A stretch of 64,000 nucleotides of DNA from Bacteroidota bacterium (GTDB lineage Bacteria; Bacteroidota; Bacteroidia; CAILMK01; JACPUW01). Under the pieces are notes generated by a model that was not told the DNA's origin, did no database searches, and saw only the letters and a program-made list of their open reading frames with translations. Below are positions 46,856 to 56,701 of the stretch, piece by piece. The translations under genes and the position numbers were made by a program. The stretch covers positions 6,322 to 70,321 of the forward strand of contig JACPUW010000030.1 of the NCBI GenBank assembly GCA_016192035.1, written 5' to 3'. Every line of letters begins with the position of its first letter. Within the stretch, counting starts at the first letter, position 1.

Positions 46856-46999
46856 ATGCTTGGGATTGCTGCCAAATGTACTCCCCAACATGCATATGGT
46901 GCATGCACTTGGTGTGAGCCAAGCTCCCCTCACAAAACACTGGTGGGCTGTGGCTGGGGGGGTGCTGGTATTGTGCACGGCAACCGACTTTTGCCCGTG

Positions 47000-48274
47000 A
47001 TGAACGGAGCCCCTCTGCCACCATTGGCCGAACGTATGCGCCCAGAGGTACTGGACGACTACATAGGCCAAACCCACTTGCTGGGGCCTGATGGCCCGCT
47101 AAGGGGTCTAATTAACAATAAAACATTGACTTCCATGTTGCTGTGGGGGCCTCCGGGAGTGGGTAAAACCACCTTGGCCCGCTTGCTGGCCCTGGAATCG
47201 GGCTTGGCTTTTTATAGCATCAGCGCGGTACAGGCCGGCCTTAAGGAAGTGAGGCAGGTGATGGACATAGCCAAGAAATTGGGCAAGGCGGTATTGTTTA
47301 TTGACGAAATACACCGATTCAACAAGGCGCAGCAAGATGCCCTGCTGGGAGCGGTAGAACAGGGCTATGTGGTATTGATAGGCGCTACTACGGAAAACCC
47401 ATCCTTTGAGGTTATCAATGCGCTGCTGAGCCGGTGCCAGGTGTATGTGCTCCGCGAACTGGACAGGGAATGCATGATGGAAATAGCCAACCGGGCACTG
47501 TTGCGCGATACCCACCTGCGCACAAGGGAAATAGCACTGGCAGAAACAGATGCCTTGCTGCGCTTGGCCCAGGGGGATGCGCGTAAACTGCTCAACCTGT
47601 TGGAATTGGTGAGTAGCCAACACCACGGAGGGGGCAAGCTGGAGGTAACCGATGATTTGGTACAAAAGGTGGCGCAACAACTGCTGGTGCGCCATGATAA
47701 GGATGGTGAAGGACACTACAACCTCATATCGGCTTTTATTAAATCCATGAGGGGAAGTGACCCCAATGCGGCGGTCTATTACCTGGCCCGTATGCTGGCC
47801 GGAGGGGAGGATCCCAAGTTTGTGGCGCGGCGAATGGCCATATTGGCGTCTGAAGATATAGGCAATGCCAACCCTACCGCATTGGTGCTTGCTACCAATT
47901 GCCTACTGGCGGTGATGCAGATAGGCATGCCCGAGGCCAGGATCATCCTGAGCCAAACAGCGATTTACCTGGCTACCTCACCCAAATCAAATGCCGCATA
48001 TATGGCCATAGAATCGGCATATGGCATGGTGGAACAATACGGGGAACTGCCTGTGCCCATGTCCCTGCGCAACGCGCCGACCAAATGGATGAAGCAACAG
48101 GGGTACGGCGATGGGTACGCCTACGCGCATGACTACGAAAACAATTTTGTGAGACATGAATATATGCCGGATAGGGTAAAGGACAATACACTGTACCAAC
48201 CCGGCAACAACGAAAGGGAACAACACGCCAGAGCCTGGCTAAGAAAACTATGGAAGGGAAAATACGGCTATTGA
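47000..48274 (+). CDS. rarA: Replication-associated recombination protein A (MgsA/RarA AAA+ ATPase)
   Basis: MRPEVLDDYIGQTHLLG, Walker A GPPGVGKTT, Walker B VLFIDEIHRFNKAQQDALL and the MgsA C-terminal helical domain. Confidence 0.85.
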   Translation: MNGAPLPPLAERMRPEVLDDYIGQTHLLGPDGPLRGLINNKTLTSMLLWGPPGVGKTTLARLLALESGLAFYSISAVQAGLKEVRQVMDIAKKLGKAVLFIDEIHRFNKAQQDALLGAVEQGYVVLIGATTENPSFEVINALLSRCQVYVLRELDRECMMEIANRALLRDTHLRTREIALAETDALLRLAQGDARKLLNLLELVSSQHHGGGKLEVTDDLVQKVAQQLLVRHDKDGEGHYNLISAFIKSMRGSDPNAAVYYLARMLAGGEDPKFVARRMAILASEDIGNANPTALVLATNCLLAVMQIGMPEARIILSQTAIYLATSPKSNAAYMAIESAYGMVEQYGELPVPMSLRNAPTKWMKQQGYGDGYAYAHDYENNFVRHEYMPDRVKDNTLYQPGNNEREQHARAWLRKLWKGKYGY

Positions 48275-49428
48275 TGGGTGGGTTATTCCTTTGGCTGTCA
48301 TGGCCCGGGTGGGGGTTTGCCCAGGGGTTTGTGGTAGAGGCATACAAGCCTGGGCCTGGAAGCCCTGCCGCCGCTGGGGCGGCGGAACGCGCACGGCGGG
48401 GCTCCTGTGGCTTTTCGTTTGGAACAGAGGAGGGCATTACCCTTCCGCTCTATATGTACTTGCCTGCCAACAAGGTAATTGAACAGTACAAAAGCCCAGT
48501 ATGTGTGCCCATTTCATCCATTGAAAAAGAAAGAGAAAACACTGATGCAGGCGATACCCTAAGCGGATGGGTACACTACCTGGCTGCACCGCCCTGGGTT
48601 TGGGAGCTTAGCCCTGGTAGGGGTGAGTTGGCCAAGATGAAGGAAAGCGGTGAGGTAGCCGTGCGGGGCAAGGTGGGGAAATGGGCTTTTGGCATATGCT
48701 ACAATGCGGTAAGAAACGAGGTGTATGTGAGCTATGTGGACCGTCCGTGGATACGGGTGTACGAGGGTGAGGGGCTTGTGCTGCGCGACTCCTTGCGCCT
48801 GCTGGGCAACTCGGGACGCTACATGGCCGTGTCGGGGCCGGGCGATAGGCTGTACGTGGGGGTTAGGTCGTGCCGGGCTATAGTAATGTTTGATTTAAAC
48901 AAACAAAGAATGACCGGGTTTGTGCGCACGGGCAACCTGCCGGGACCCATGTACTGGTCTGAAAACCAGGTGCTGTACTCGCTCAATGACCGATACCGGG
49001 TAGTTTCAAAATTTGACGCAAATACCCTGGCACACCTAGAAAGCCAGCGCCTGGACCTGGATGGCCCCATCACAAGTTTTGTAGCCGGTGGCCAAGGGCT
49101 GCAAATAAGCGGCATTGAGGGCGGGGTGCGGATAAGTGATACACTGGCCAAGCGTGCGGATTACTACACAGAAACCAGCCTGGACAGCACTGGTGGGGCC
49201 TATACCTGGATAGCCAGTAGCCATACCAAACCAAAATGGGCACTGGCAAGGATGAAAGAATTTGAAAAATTGGGCCTTAGCTGCTCGCTGGGCCGCACAA
49301 GCGATGGGTATTACCGCGTATGTGTGGGGCTATACCCAAACCAGGAAAAAGCCGTGGAAGAAAAAAATGCCCATGCCGATGCCCTAATGGGGGCTTGGTT
49401 AATGTCAATCAATCCCAAGAAGTTTTAA
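48274..49428 (+). CDS. SPOR-domain (peptidoglycan-binding) secreted protein
   Basis: N-terminal signal, a central domain of unknown function, and a C-terminal SPOR-like region (YTWIASSHTKPKWALARMKEFEKLGLSCSLGRTSDGYYRVCVGLYPNQEKAVEEKNAHAD). TGATG overlap with the rarA stop. The alternative ATG at 48250 is less likely. Confidence 0.55.
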   Translation: MGGLFLWLSWPGWGFAQGFVVEAYKPGPGSPAAAGAAERARRGSCGFSFGTEEGITLPLYMYLPANKVIEQYKSPVCVPISSIEKERENTDAGDTLSGWVHYLAAPPWVWELSPGRGELAKMKESGEVAVRGKVGKWAFGICYNAVRNEVYVSYVDRPWIRVYEGEGLVLRDSLRLLGNSGRYMAVSGPGDRLYVGVRSCRAIVMFDLNKQRMTGFVRTGNLPGPMYWSENQVLYSLNDRYRVVSKFDANTLAHLESQRLDLDGPITSFVAGGQGLQISGIEGGVRISDTLAKRADYYTETSLDSTGGAYTWIASSHTKPKWALARMKEFEKLGLSCSLGRTSDGYYRVCVGLYPNQEKAVEEKNAHADALMGAWLMSINPKKF

Positions 49429-49485
49429 AAAAATGGCGGTCCTTACTGATAAAGACCGCCATGTATCAAGTAATAACAAGCTGGT

Positions 49486-50538
49486 TTACTGTACAAAGAA
49501 TTTTTTTACTCCAGCGTACTCGCCATCGGCATAGATGCTAAGCATATACACCCCGGGTAGCATGGCAGGTAGGGCTATTTGCGACTCGAAGTGAGATGTA
49601 AAGCCTACGTTTTCAGTTGTTTCAGCCACTTGTTGGCCATTGGCCGAATACACCTCAAAACGGTAATTTCCGGCTTTGTCCTTGTTGTCCATGCCTATAT
49701 GGAGTTTGCCAAAGGCATAAAACAACTCGTTCATTTCTAGGGCGTCTTCATTTATGGAATTGGGAACTACCGATAGGTTGACGCAGCCCATGTTGTTTCC
49801 CACATACCCTTCAACTATGGTGGCCGTGGTGCCGCTCACCGTGGCCCAGTAATAGGCCACACAGATCTCAATATTGCCCGTGGGAAAATCGCGGGGAAAA
49901 GTGAGTCCCAAGGTAACATTTCCCGTGGCATTGGGTGCTATGGGGGCGCCACTGTACTGCGCAACCGCTAGGTTGCCTTGTTGTTGCCCATTGAGCAAAG
50001 GCACATACACCAGGGTGCTGCCATTGTTAAACATTTCATAGCCTACGTTGGTGAGGCCTACAGTGAAGTTTACCGTGGACCAATTCCGTATTTCGGTTCC
50101 CGATGTGGGCGATACAATACTTACAGACAGGTCTTTAGCTATTTGGTCAACAATCTTGTAATCCACCATCAGGGTGTTGTTTGAATCGGCTTTGTCATTG
50201 TTTAGCACCACCTTAACGGTAAGGGTGGCCGAATCGCCCGGGGTGTTGGGTATGGCCAGTGTGGCATTGAAATTCAGGTTGTTGCCCATGGGCAATTCGG
50301 CATTAAGGGTAGCGGTGTTGCCCACCTGTGCCAGTGGGTTGGCATCCCAGGCGTATTGCACCGATAACTGCGAACCAATGGGAAGTGTTTCGTTTACAGT
50401 TGTTTGAATTACAAAGGTGACATTGACGCCGGCCTTTATTTCGGCGCCGTCGGCGGGCAATATGCCCGTGGTGGCTATGTCCTGGCCTTGTGCTGCCACA
50501 GCCAAAAACAATAGGAGGGAGAGGAAAACTTTGTTCAT
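49486..50538 (-). CDS. Secreted protein with a T9SS type A C-terminal sorting domain (350 aa)
   Basis: Signal MNKVFLSLLLFLAVAAQGQ, Ig-like repeats rich in NxT/S, and a CTD (FEVYSANGQQV...GVYMLSIYADGEYAGVKKFFVQ). Confidence 0.7.
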   Translation of the reverse strand: MNKVFLSLLLFLAVAAQGQDIATTGILPADGAEIKAGVNVTFVIQTTVNETLPIGSQLSVQYAWDANPLAQVGNTATLNAELPMGNNLNFNATLAIPNTPGDSATLTVKVVLNNDKADSNNTLMVDYKIVDQIAKDLSVSIVSPTSGTEIRNWSTVNFTVGLTNVGYEMFNNGSTLVYVPLLNGQQQGNLAVAQYSGAPIAPNATGNVTLGLTFPRDFPTGNIEICVAYYWATVSGTTATIVEGYVGNNMGCVNLSVVPNSINEDALEMNELFYAFGKLHIGMDNKDKAGNYRFEVYSANGQQVAETTENVGFTSHFESQIALPAMLPGVYMLSIYADGEYAGVKKFFVQ

Positions 50539-50620
50539 GGGAGATTTTTTTTTTTGATATGTTGCGAATGTAAACCTACGAATGGGTTGGGCTGCACCTA
50601 ATAATCCTAAACCAGTCCAA

Positions 50621-51151
50621 TTATGTACGCCTGTCGGTGGCTTGGGTAAAGGCGCGGTTTATTTCTATGATTTTCTTGAAATCTAATTGTCCAAGGCTTT
50701 CAAGCAGATGCTGCGCCACGGCCATGGCACGTTGGATCCTTTTATCTTGGCTTTTCACTTGTGAAACCCAGTACAATAGATACCTTTTTTTACCAGGGCT
50801 TAAGGCTGAAAATATTTCCCATATTCCTTCATTTGCGTCAAGGGCAGCTTCTAGCTCCCTGGGCATATCCATTCCGTAGGCCGAAGTATCCGGCCAAATA
50901 TCAACCGTAGCTTGGATGCCTTCATGTAGCCGGGCAGCCCGCAAGTCATTTTTGTTCAGCAATAAATAATGATAGTCTTGCGCCTTGAGTATGGCGCCCC
51001 TGCGTGTATGTGTCCCATTGATGCGGTAAAAGAACCGGTCATGGCCCAAGGCCAAGCAGCGTTCCACCACAGGCGCCTGAAGCTGTAGGTGATGGTCATA
51101 CACTTCATTTTCAAATCGCTGTACAGTAGCAGTGAAGCTAATGGGGTTCAT
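50621..51151 (-). CDS. DUF1905 plus YdeI/OmpD-associated family protein
   Basis: 176 aa with a C-terminal region resembling the YdeI family (FSALSPGKKRYLLYWVSQVKSQDKRIQR). It is the second YdeI-like gene in the window. Confidence 0.5.
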   Translation of the reverse strand: MNPISFTATVQRFENEVYDHHLQLQAPVVERCLALGHDRFFYRINGTHTRRGAILKAQDYHYLLLNKNDLRAARLHEGIQATVDIWPDTSAYGMDMPRELEAALDANEGIWEIFSALSPGKKRYLLYWVSQVKSQDKRIQRAMAVAQHLLESLGQLDFKKIIEINRAFTQATDRRT

Positions 51152-51197
51152 GCAGGGCAGTGGATAGGGAGGCTAAAAGTGTGGCCAAGAAACAAAG

Positions 51198-52118
51198 CTA
51201 AAAGGCAAAGGCGGCCTTGAAATCTTGCAATTCTTCAAGAAAGGAGCGGTCAGGAAGGGGTACTTGCTGCCATATGCGGGCGGGGGTTTTCACGCTTACC
51301 CTGGGCATGGGCACATTGGGGTTTATGCTGAGCACTTCGAGTGCTTGGTACAAATGTTTGATATATGCCACGATTTGATTGACAGAGTAGTTGTGCTCCA
51401 GCACGTTATACACCCCTGGGAGCACCAGTCCGGCCAAGCAATGGCAGGTAGCCCAGGCCAGCTTGTCCACATGGATGAAAGGCCTTTGCTGGCTTCCGTC
51501 ACCGTTCAGGGTTATTCGGCCATTGAAGTGAGCATTAAACATGTACTTATTTATCACGGCATCTATGCGCAGTGAGGGGTTGAACCCATATACGTTGCCT
51601 GCCCGCAGGATATACAAATCGCACTGATTGCCAATAAGATTGATCTGTTTTTCTGCATCGCGTTTAGAAATTCCGTAAAAAGAAAAAGGCGATGGAATAT
51701 GGTCTTCGTCCACCGGCGTATCTGAGCGGCCATAGATGCTGGCGCTGCTCATGTGGACTACCCGGCGAACTGCGCTGCCCTGGATGCAGTTGGCCAAGAT
51801 GGCGGTGCCCCAATGGTTAATTTGGTCGTAAAAATGGCTTTCGTGGTCGGCAAACGGGGTGGTTACCTTGGCGGCCAGGTGCACTACCGTATCAATACCT
51901 TCCAGGGCTTTCATGAGGCTGCGCTCGTCAAGCAGATCGGCTTCAATAAACCGGCACGGTATGGGGCCCAATTTCTGCCAATAAAAAAAGGCATAGCTCT
52001 TACGGGAAAGATTGTCATACACCACTATTTCTTCCAGGTCGGCAGGCTGCTTGCGCTGCAATTCCTGAATCAGTGAGTGGCCTAGGTACCCGGCGCCACC
52101 AGTTATCAAAATCCGCAT
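51198..52118 (-). CDS. NAD-dependent epimerase/dehydratase family protein (extended SDR)
   Basis: MRILITGGAGYLGHSL (GxxGxxG Rossmann motif) and a YxxxK-containing core. Confidence 0.8.
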   Translation of the reverse strand: MRILITGGAGYLGHSLIQELQRKQPADLEEIVVYDNLSRKSYAFFYWQKLGPIPCRFIEADLLDERSLMKALEGIDTVVHLAAKVTTPFADHESHFYDQINHWGTAILANCIQGSAVRRVVHMSSASIYGRSDTPVDEDHIPSPFSFYGISKRDAEKQINLIGNQCDLYILRAGNVYGFNPSLRIDAVINKYMFNAHFNGRITLNGDGSQQRPFIHVDKLAWATCHCLAGLVLPGVYNVLEHNYSVNQIVAYIKHLYQALEVLSINPNVPMPRVSVKTPARIWQQVPLPDRSFLEELQDFKAAFAF

Positions 52119-52121
52119 GTG

Positions 52122-52805
52122 TTATGCTTGTTTTACAATGAGATCGGTATGTAAACCGCATTCGGTTTTTTTGAGCCCTGCCCATCGGCCTTCCCTATTG
52201 CCGCCAAATATGCCGCTGGGTTTCTGGGTACAGGGCATGCATCCCACGCTATGGTATCCCTGCATTTCAAGTGGGTGGGGGGGAATTGACTCTGTTAGGA
52301 GGTAATGGTCTATCATGTCTTGAGACCAATAGAGCATGGGGTGGAAGCGGAGTATGCCAAACTTGCCCCGCTCTTCGAGTTTCATGGAGCGGCGGTTTTC
52401 GTTTTGGTCACGGCGCACCCCTGTTATCCACACGTCATGGCTGGCCAGAATGGGCTCCATGGGCAAGGTTTTGTTCATATGGCAGCAGTGGTCGGGCTGT
52501 GCGGCCCACATTAGGTGGCCGTTGGGGGCTATTTGGTGTGATTTGGCTATGGGCGATACAAGGTCTATGACCCGCAACCCGTACAGTGAGGCTATTTGGT
52601 TCTTGTAGGCTATGGTTTCAGGGAAATGGAAGCCCGTATTGAGGAAATAGACAGGAATAGAAGGGGTTATTTGGCCCAAGATGTGGAGCATGGGAATGCT
52701 GTGCCACTGAAAGGACGAAGAAGCCATGATGCGAAGGCCCTGGTTTCCGTACCCTGTTACGTGTTGATTAAATCGCTCTATCTCTGTTTGTATGCGGTTT
52801 TGCAT
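52122..52805 (-). CDS. Phosphoadenosine phosphosulfate (PAPS/APS) reductase family protein, CysH-like
   Basis: The C-terminal ECGLH motif (KKTECGLHTDL), diagnostic for CysH-type reductases, and a PP-loop-like region (PVYFLNTGFHFPET). 4-nt gap to the upstream epimerase gene. Confidence 0.7.
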   Translation of the reverse strand: MQNRIQTEIERFNQHVTGYGNQGLRIMASSSFQWHSIPMLHILGQITPSIPVYFLNTGFHFPETIAYKNQIASLYGLRVIDLVSPIAKSHQIAPNGHLMWAAQPDHCCHMNKTLPMEPILASHDVWITGVRRDQNENRRSMKLEERGKFGILRFHPMLYWSQDMIDHYLLTESIPPHPLEMQGYHSVGCMPCTQKPSGIFGGNREGRWAGLKKTECGLHTDLIVKQA

Positions 52806-53249
52806 GGGTCTATAAAGAGGGCACAAAGCTAGTGGGCAGGCGGGGGAAGGGGAGGGCGTATGCGGGCGATACAGGTGCCGAAAAAAGGAGGAAAGTCACT
52901 TGGACTAACAGGCTAATGGGTTTCAATGGTGTTCATCAAACTTAGCACGCATGGCCATGTATCATTAACCTCCTATGTTTTTAAAAGCTTCAATGTTGAG
53001 ACTACTCCGAAAAGTCCACGCCATACGCAAGTCATAGAATGTTAACAACATGTGTTCCGCGTGGAGCATTTTAAGGGCTCACTTGACTACTATAGCCCCA
53101 CCAGGTCAAACGCGAATATTGTTTCTTATCATGAATGGCACTTGTCATCTAACACAATATTACACATCACCAAACCCACGAGAAGTCAAAAGAAAGGGGA
53201 TGTGCTTGGACCAAAGGCTTTCTACTACTTTTACTGCCCACAAAATCCA

Positions 53250-53708
53250 ATGAACACCATGACCCAGTGGACCGTCCTACCTTTTGCAGGTTTAGGGGCC
53301 GAATTGCTATACCAAGTAATGAAGATAAGGCAAAAAGTGTTTGTGGTAGAGCAACAATGCCCATACCTGGATGCCGATGGGCAGGATTTTAAGGCACTCC
53401 ACGTTTTAGGCCGTGAAGGTGAAGCCCTGGTGGCGTACGCACGGTTGTTTGGCCCAAGCCCCAACGCCCCATTTGCCGCAGTGGGCAGGGTACTGGTAGC
53501 CCAGACATACCGTGGGCAAAAGCTGGCTTACCGGCTCATGGAAGTTTGTCATGGCGAAATCCGCGATCGCTGGGGGAATATCCCGGTACGTCTATCAGCC
53601 CAGCAATACCTCATGGGCTTTTACAAAAAACTGGGATATGAGCCCATTGGCAATGGGTACCTGGAAGACAACATTCCCCACTGGGGCATGGAGCGGGTGT
53701 GGGTATGA
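53250..53708 (+). CDS. GNAT family N-acetyltransferase
   Basis: GNAT motif A region (RVLVAQTYRGQKLAYRLMEVCHGEIRDRWGN). Start chosen at MNTMTQW. The ORF-track 66-codon extension is rejected. Confidence 0.65.
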   Translation: MNTMTQWTVLPFAGLGAELLYQVMKIRQKVFVVEQQCPYLDADGQDFKALHVLGREGEALVAYARLFGPSPNAPFAAVGRVLVAQTYRGQKLAYRLMEVCHGEIRDRWGNIPVRLSAQQYLMGFYKKLGYEPIGNGYLEDNIPHWGMERVWV

Positions 53709-54040
53709 TTTGGCCAGAAGGCAGCACGCCGACCTGGCGGTAGCCCCAGGCATTCACTAGCATGGCCCTTTGTACTAGTGAAATCCCTAGCAAGATTGGC
53801 GCAACTGGTTTTGCCCAGGGGTTTGAGGTGCCACCGGGTTTTTAATTTGTGGTGTTTGCACCCGTGGCCCTGGGCAGCATGCTGATCTAAGGGTTCAAAA
53901 ACACGGTGCTCCGCCCTGGGCAAATTAGGTTTGCTAACCTCATTATGGTGCTTTTATTGCGTGTCGCCTTTTGCTTAAATGCCTGTAAATTAAGTGTTTT
54001 TGTCTTAAGGCTCCTCCGAATAGTTCAACGCAAATCTCAT

Positions 54041-54334
54041 TCAAGTGGGATTACAGTGCCCACACCTCCGCATATCCATAGTATAGTCATGATGATGGTT
54101 GGTCATCCATTTTTCTAGGTCCTTTATGTTCATTGCACAAACCTTTATATACGTATTGGATGTAAACTTCCCATCTGCACCAGAAGTGTTTGATATAGTA
54201 TGGCATTTCGGCCTATGAAGTACGTAATACCTACCCCTTCTGCTTCTAAATAGGTTTAGAACATAACCAGTTGGATTCTTACTAATCCATTCTAAATAGG
54301 GCTGATCGCCATTTTCAAATACAATTGTAGACAT
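54041..54334 (-). CDS. Orphan hypothetical ORF (97 aa) in an AT-rich, gene-poor stretch
   Basis: It is the only substantial ORF in the low-GC 53.7-54.6 kb region. It has Cys/His-rich spacing (C..H...C...HHH...C.HC) but no recognised family, and may be a remnant. Confidence 0.25.
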   Translation of the reverse strand: MSTIVFENGDQPYLEWISKNPTGYVLNLFRSRRGRYYVLHRPKCHTISNTSGADGKFTSNTYIKVCAMNIKDLEKWMTNHHHDYTMDMRRCGHCNPT

Positions 54335-54618
54335 ATTTTAAAATTTAATAAGGATGGATGTATGAAAAATATCCGACATTTCCAAATTTTTTTCCGTTCA
54401 TTCTTTTACCTGTCTACCCGGCAACGTTACTTTGGCCCTAATACTGCAAAAATTGAGTATAGAAGTGCTTATACCATAACCCATTAGCTCATACCTAACT
54501 ATTTCATTGATAATGCATCTTTCAGATTCAGATGAAAAATTTAATGAGCATCTCTTGTTTCAATCTTTAGAGGGATTCAATGATAGGATCGAGCTTATTT
54601 CGGATCAGATGACCATAA

Positions 54619-55563
54619 TTAATACCCCTTAAGGTATTGGTACAGTTCACTGTCCGTGCTTATCACCACCGTTGATTTCTCGTTGAGCGTGAGCTCCAGG
54701 GTTTCCAGCGATTTTAAGAAACCATACAGTTCCCTGGAAGCCGCCGTTTGGTTATACGCCGCCGCGTAGATATTGGCAGCCTCGGCATCGGCCCGGCCCT
54801 TTATCTCCTCGGCATCCCTAAAGGCTTCTGATTGAATCTTTTTCAGGTCACGCTCCTTCTCACCGTTGATCTTGGAAGCCTCGCCGCTGCCCTCCGAACG
54901 GAATTTTTCCGCTATGCGGATCCGCTCGCTCTTCATGCGCTCAAACACCTGCGCCTGCACCTCATCCACATAGCTTATGCGCTTAAACCTAAAGTCGAGC
55001 ACCACTATGCCCAGGTCTGCCATCTGCTTGTTGGCCGATTCCATGATCATATGTTGCAGCTTGTCACGGCCCACGCTTATCGGCATCAGGGAGTCGCGCT
55101 CATTCATCAGCGCCGAGTCCATCACGGCCACTGCCCGGTTGCTGTTGCGCACCAGTTCCTCTATGTTGTGGTTGGCCACTATGTTGCGCGTCTCCCCATC
55201 AAGTATGTCGTCCAGGCGGCTCTGGGCTCCCCTTTCGTTGGTCAGCCTTTTGTAAAATAGCAGCGGATCGGTAATCTGCCACCGCGCATACGTATCCACA
55301 AAAATGTATTTCTTGTCCTTGGTAGGCACCTGGTTGGGGTCGCCGTCCCACTCCATAAACCGCTTTTCAAAGTAGTTCACCTTCTGCATAAAAGGTATGC
55401 GCAAGTAAAAACCCGGTTCGGTAATGGCATCTCCCACCGGGCGGCCAAACTGCGTGATGATCACCTGGTCTTTTTCTTGCACCAAATATGACGACTGTAC
55501 ACCGGCTATCAGTAAGATACCCAGTCCTATAAGCAGTAGGGTATATTTCAATCTTGGGTTCAT
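54619..55563 (-). CDS. hflC: Protease modulator HflC (SPFH/band-7)
   Basis: N-terminal TM plus SPFH domain. It follows hflK with a 1-nt gap. Confidence 0.85.
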   Translation of the reverse strand: MNPRLKYTLLLIGLGILLIAGVQSSYLVQEKDQVIITQFGRPVGDAITEPGFYLRIPFMQKVNYFEKRFMEWDGDPNQVPTKDKKYIFVDTYARWQITDPLLFYKRLTNERGAQSRLDDILDGETRNIVANHNIEELVRNSNRAVAVMDSALMNERDSLMPISVGRDKLQHMIMESANKQMADLGIVVLDFRFKRISYVDEVQAQVFERMKSERIRIAEKFRSEGSGEASKINGEKERDLKKIQSEAFRDAEEIKGRADAEAANIYAAAYNQTAASRELYGFLKSLETLELTLNEKSTVVISTDSELYQYLKGY

Positions 55564-55564
55564 G

Positions 55565-56545
55565 TCAGTTGCTTGATTTGTGTTCCATTTGCAGCAGGGG
55601 CAGCACGCTGTTGCCCTCCTCGTCGGTTATTACCACTTGCCCCAGCTTGGGCATTACCTTGGACATGGTTTCCAGGTACAGCCTTTTCTTGGTTACGTCG
55701 GGCGCCTTGAGGTACTCCTTGTACAGGGAGCTAAACCGCGCCACATCACCCTTGGCCAGGTTCACCCGCTCGGTGGCATAGCCATGTGCCTTTTGCAGTA
55801 TCTCTTGTGCCTCCCCGCTGGCCTTGGGTATCACCTTGTTGTACTCAGATCGCGCCTGGTTTATAAGCGTTTCCTTCTCTTGCTGGGCTTGATTTACCAT
55901 ATTGAATGCCGACTTCACCTCATCAGGCGGATTCACGTCTTGGAGCACCACCTGCTCTATTTTAACCCCCATGCCATACTTGGTGCAGAGGTCCTGCAAA
56001 GCCGCTTCCATGGTGCTCTCTATTTCCGTGCGGCCTATGGTCAGTACCTCGTTCACCGACCGGTCGCCCACTATTTGGCGCATGGCCGATTCAGCCATGT
56101 CGCGCAAGGTGCCCTCCACATCGCGGACCTTAAACAAAAATTCATATGCATTTGAAATCCTGTACTGTACCACCCACTCCACATCGGCCAGGTTCAGGTC
56201 GCCGGTCAGCATGAGTGACTCCACGGTGGTAGAGGCATTGCGTATATACGTAGTGTTCACCCCCGGTTCATCTGTCCTAAACCCAAATTCCAATTTCTGC
56301 TGGCGCTCTACCGCCACCTTATACAGGGTCTCCACAAACGGCCACTTCACGTTAAGCCCGGGGTCCTGCGTGCGCACATAGCGGCCAAACCGGGTTATGA
56401 CCCCCACCTCCTCGGCACCAATTTGATATACCGAGCTTAGTATTAGCACCAGCGCGGCCAAGCCCCATACCATGGTGCGCAGGTGCTTCTTAAAAAACGC
56501 CTGGATCTCCTCCGCATCCAAACCTTCACTGTTTCGCTTTGCCAT
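55565..56545 (-). CDS. hflK: FtsH protease activity modulator HflK (SPFH/band-7)
   Basis: A TM, then an SPFH domain (VGVITRFGRYVRTQDPGLNVKWPFVET) and a coiled-coil C-terminus. Confidence 0.85.
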   Translation of the reverse strand: MAKRNSEGLDAEEIQAFFKKHLRTMVWGLAALVLILSSVYQIGAEEVGVITRFGRYVRTQDPGLNVKWPFVETLYKVAVERQQKLEFGFRTDEPGVNTTYIRNASTTVESLMLTGDLNLADVEWVVQYRISNAYEFLFKVRDVEGTLRDMAESAMRQIVGDRSVNEVLTIGRTEIESTMEAALQDLCTKYGMGVKIEQVVLQDVNPPDEVKSAFNMVNQAQQEKETLINQARSEYNKVIPKASGEAQEILQKAHGYATERVNLAKGDVARFSSLYKEYLKAPDVTKKRLYLETMSKVMPKLGQVVITDEEGNSVLPLLQMEHKSSN

Positions 56546-56658
56546 TTGCTAGGGAGTGTTTTGAAGGGTAAAAGTAAGCCTTTCCCTAATAGCACACCAT
56601 GCCCCCGATTTGGACTTTGCCCCCAGACTCCACAAAAGGTGCTAGGCCTGCACACCCC

Positions 56659-56689
56659 TTAGGATTGGGCTAATTTCGCCCAATCCTAA
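56659..56689. promoter_or_regulatory. Perfect 12-7-12 inverted repeat (TTAGGATTGGGC-N7-GCCCAATCCTAA), a candidate operator in the divergent hflKC/pgm promoter region
   Basis: Read directly from the sequence. It ends 12 nt before the pgm ATG at 56702. Confidence 0.4.
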
Positions 56690-56701
56690 TGGAATGACCC
56701 C

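Noticed and set aside
47108-47716. 202-aa minus-strand ORF inside rarA, and similar long antisense ORFs inside susC, the TonB receptor and dabA
   Set aside because: These are antisense to strongly supported genes and are low-complexity or Gln/Arg-rich. They are typical GC-skew artefacts.
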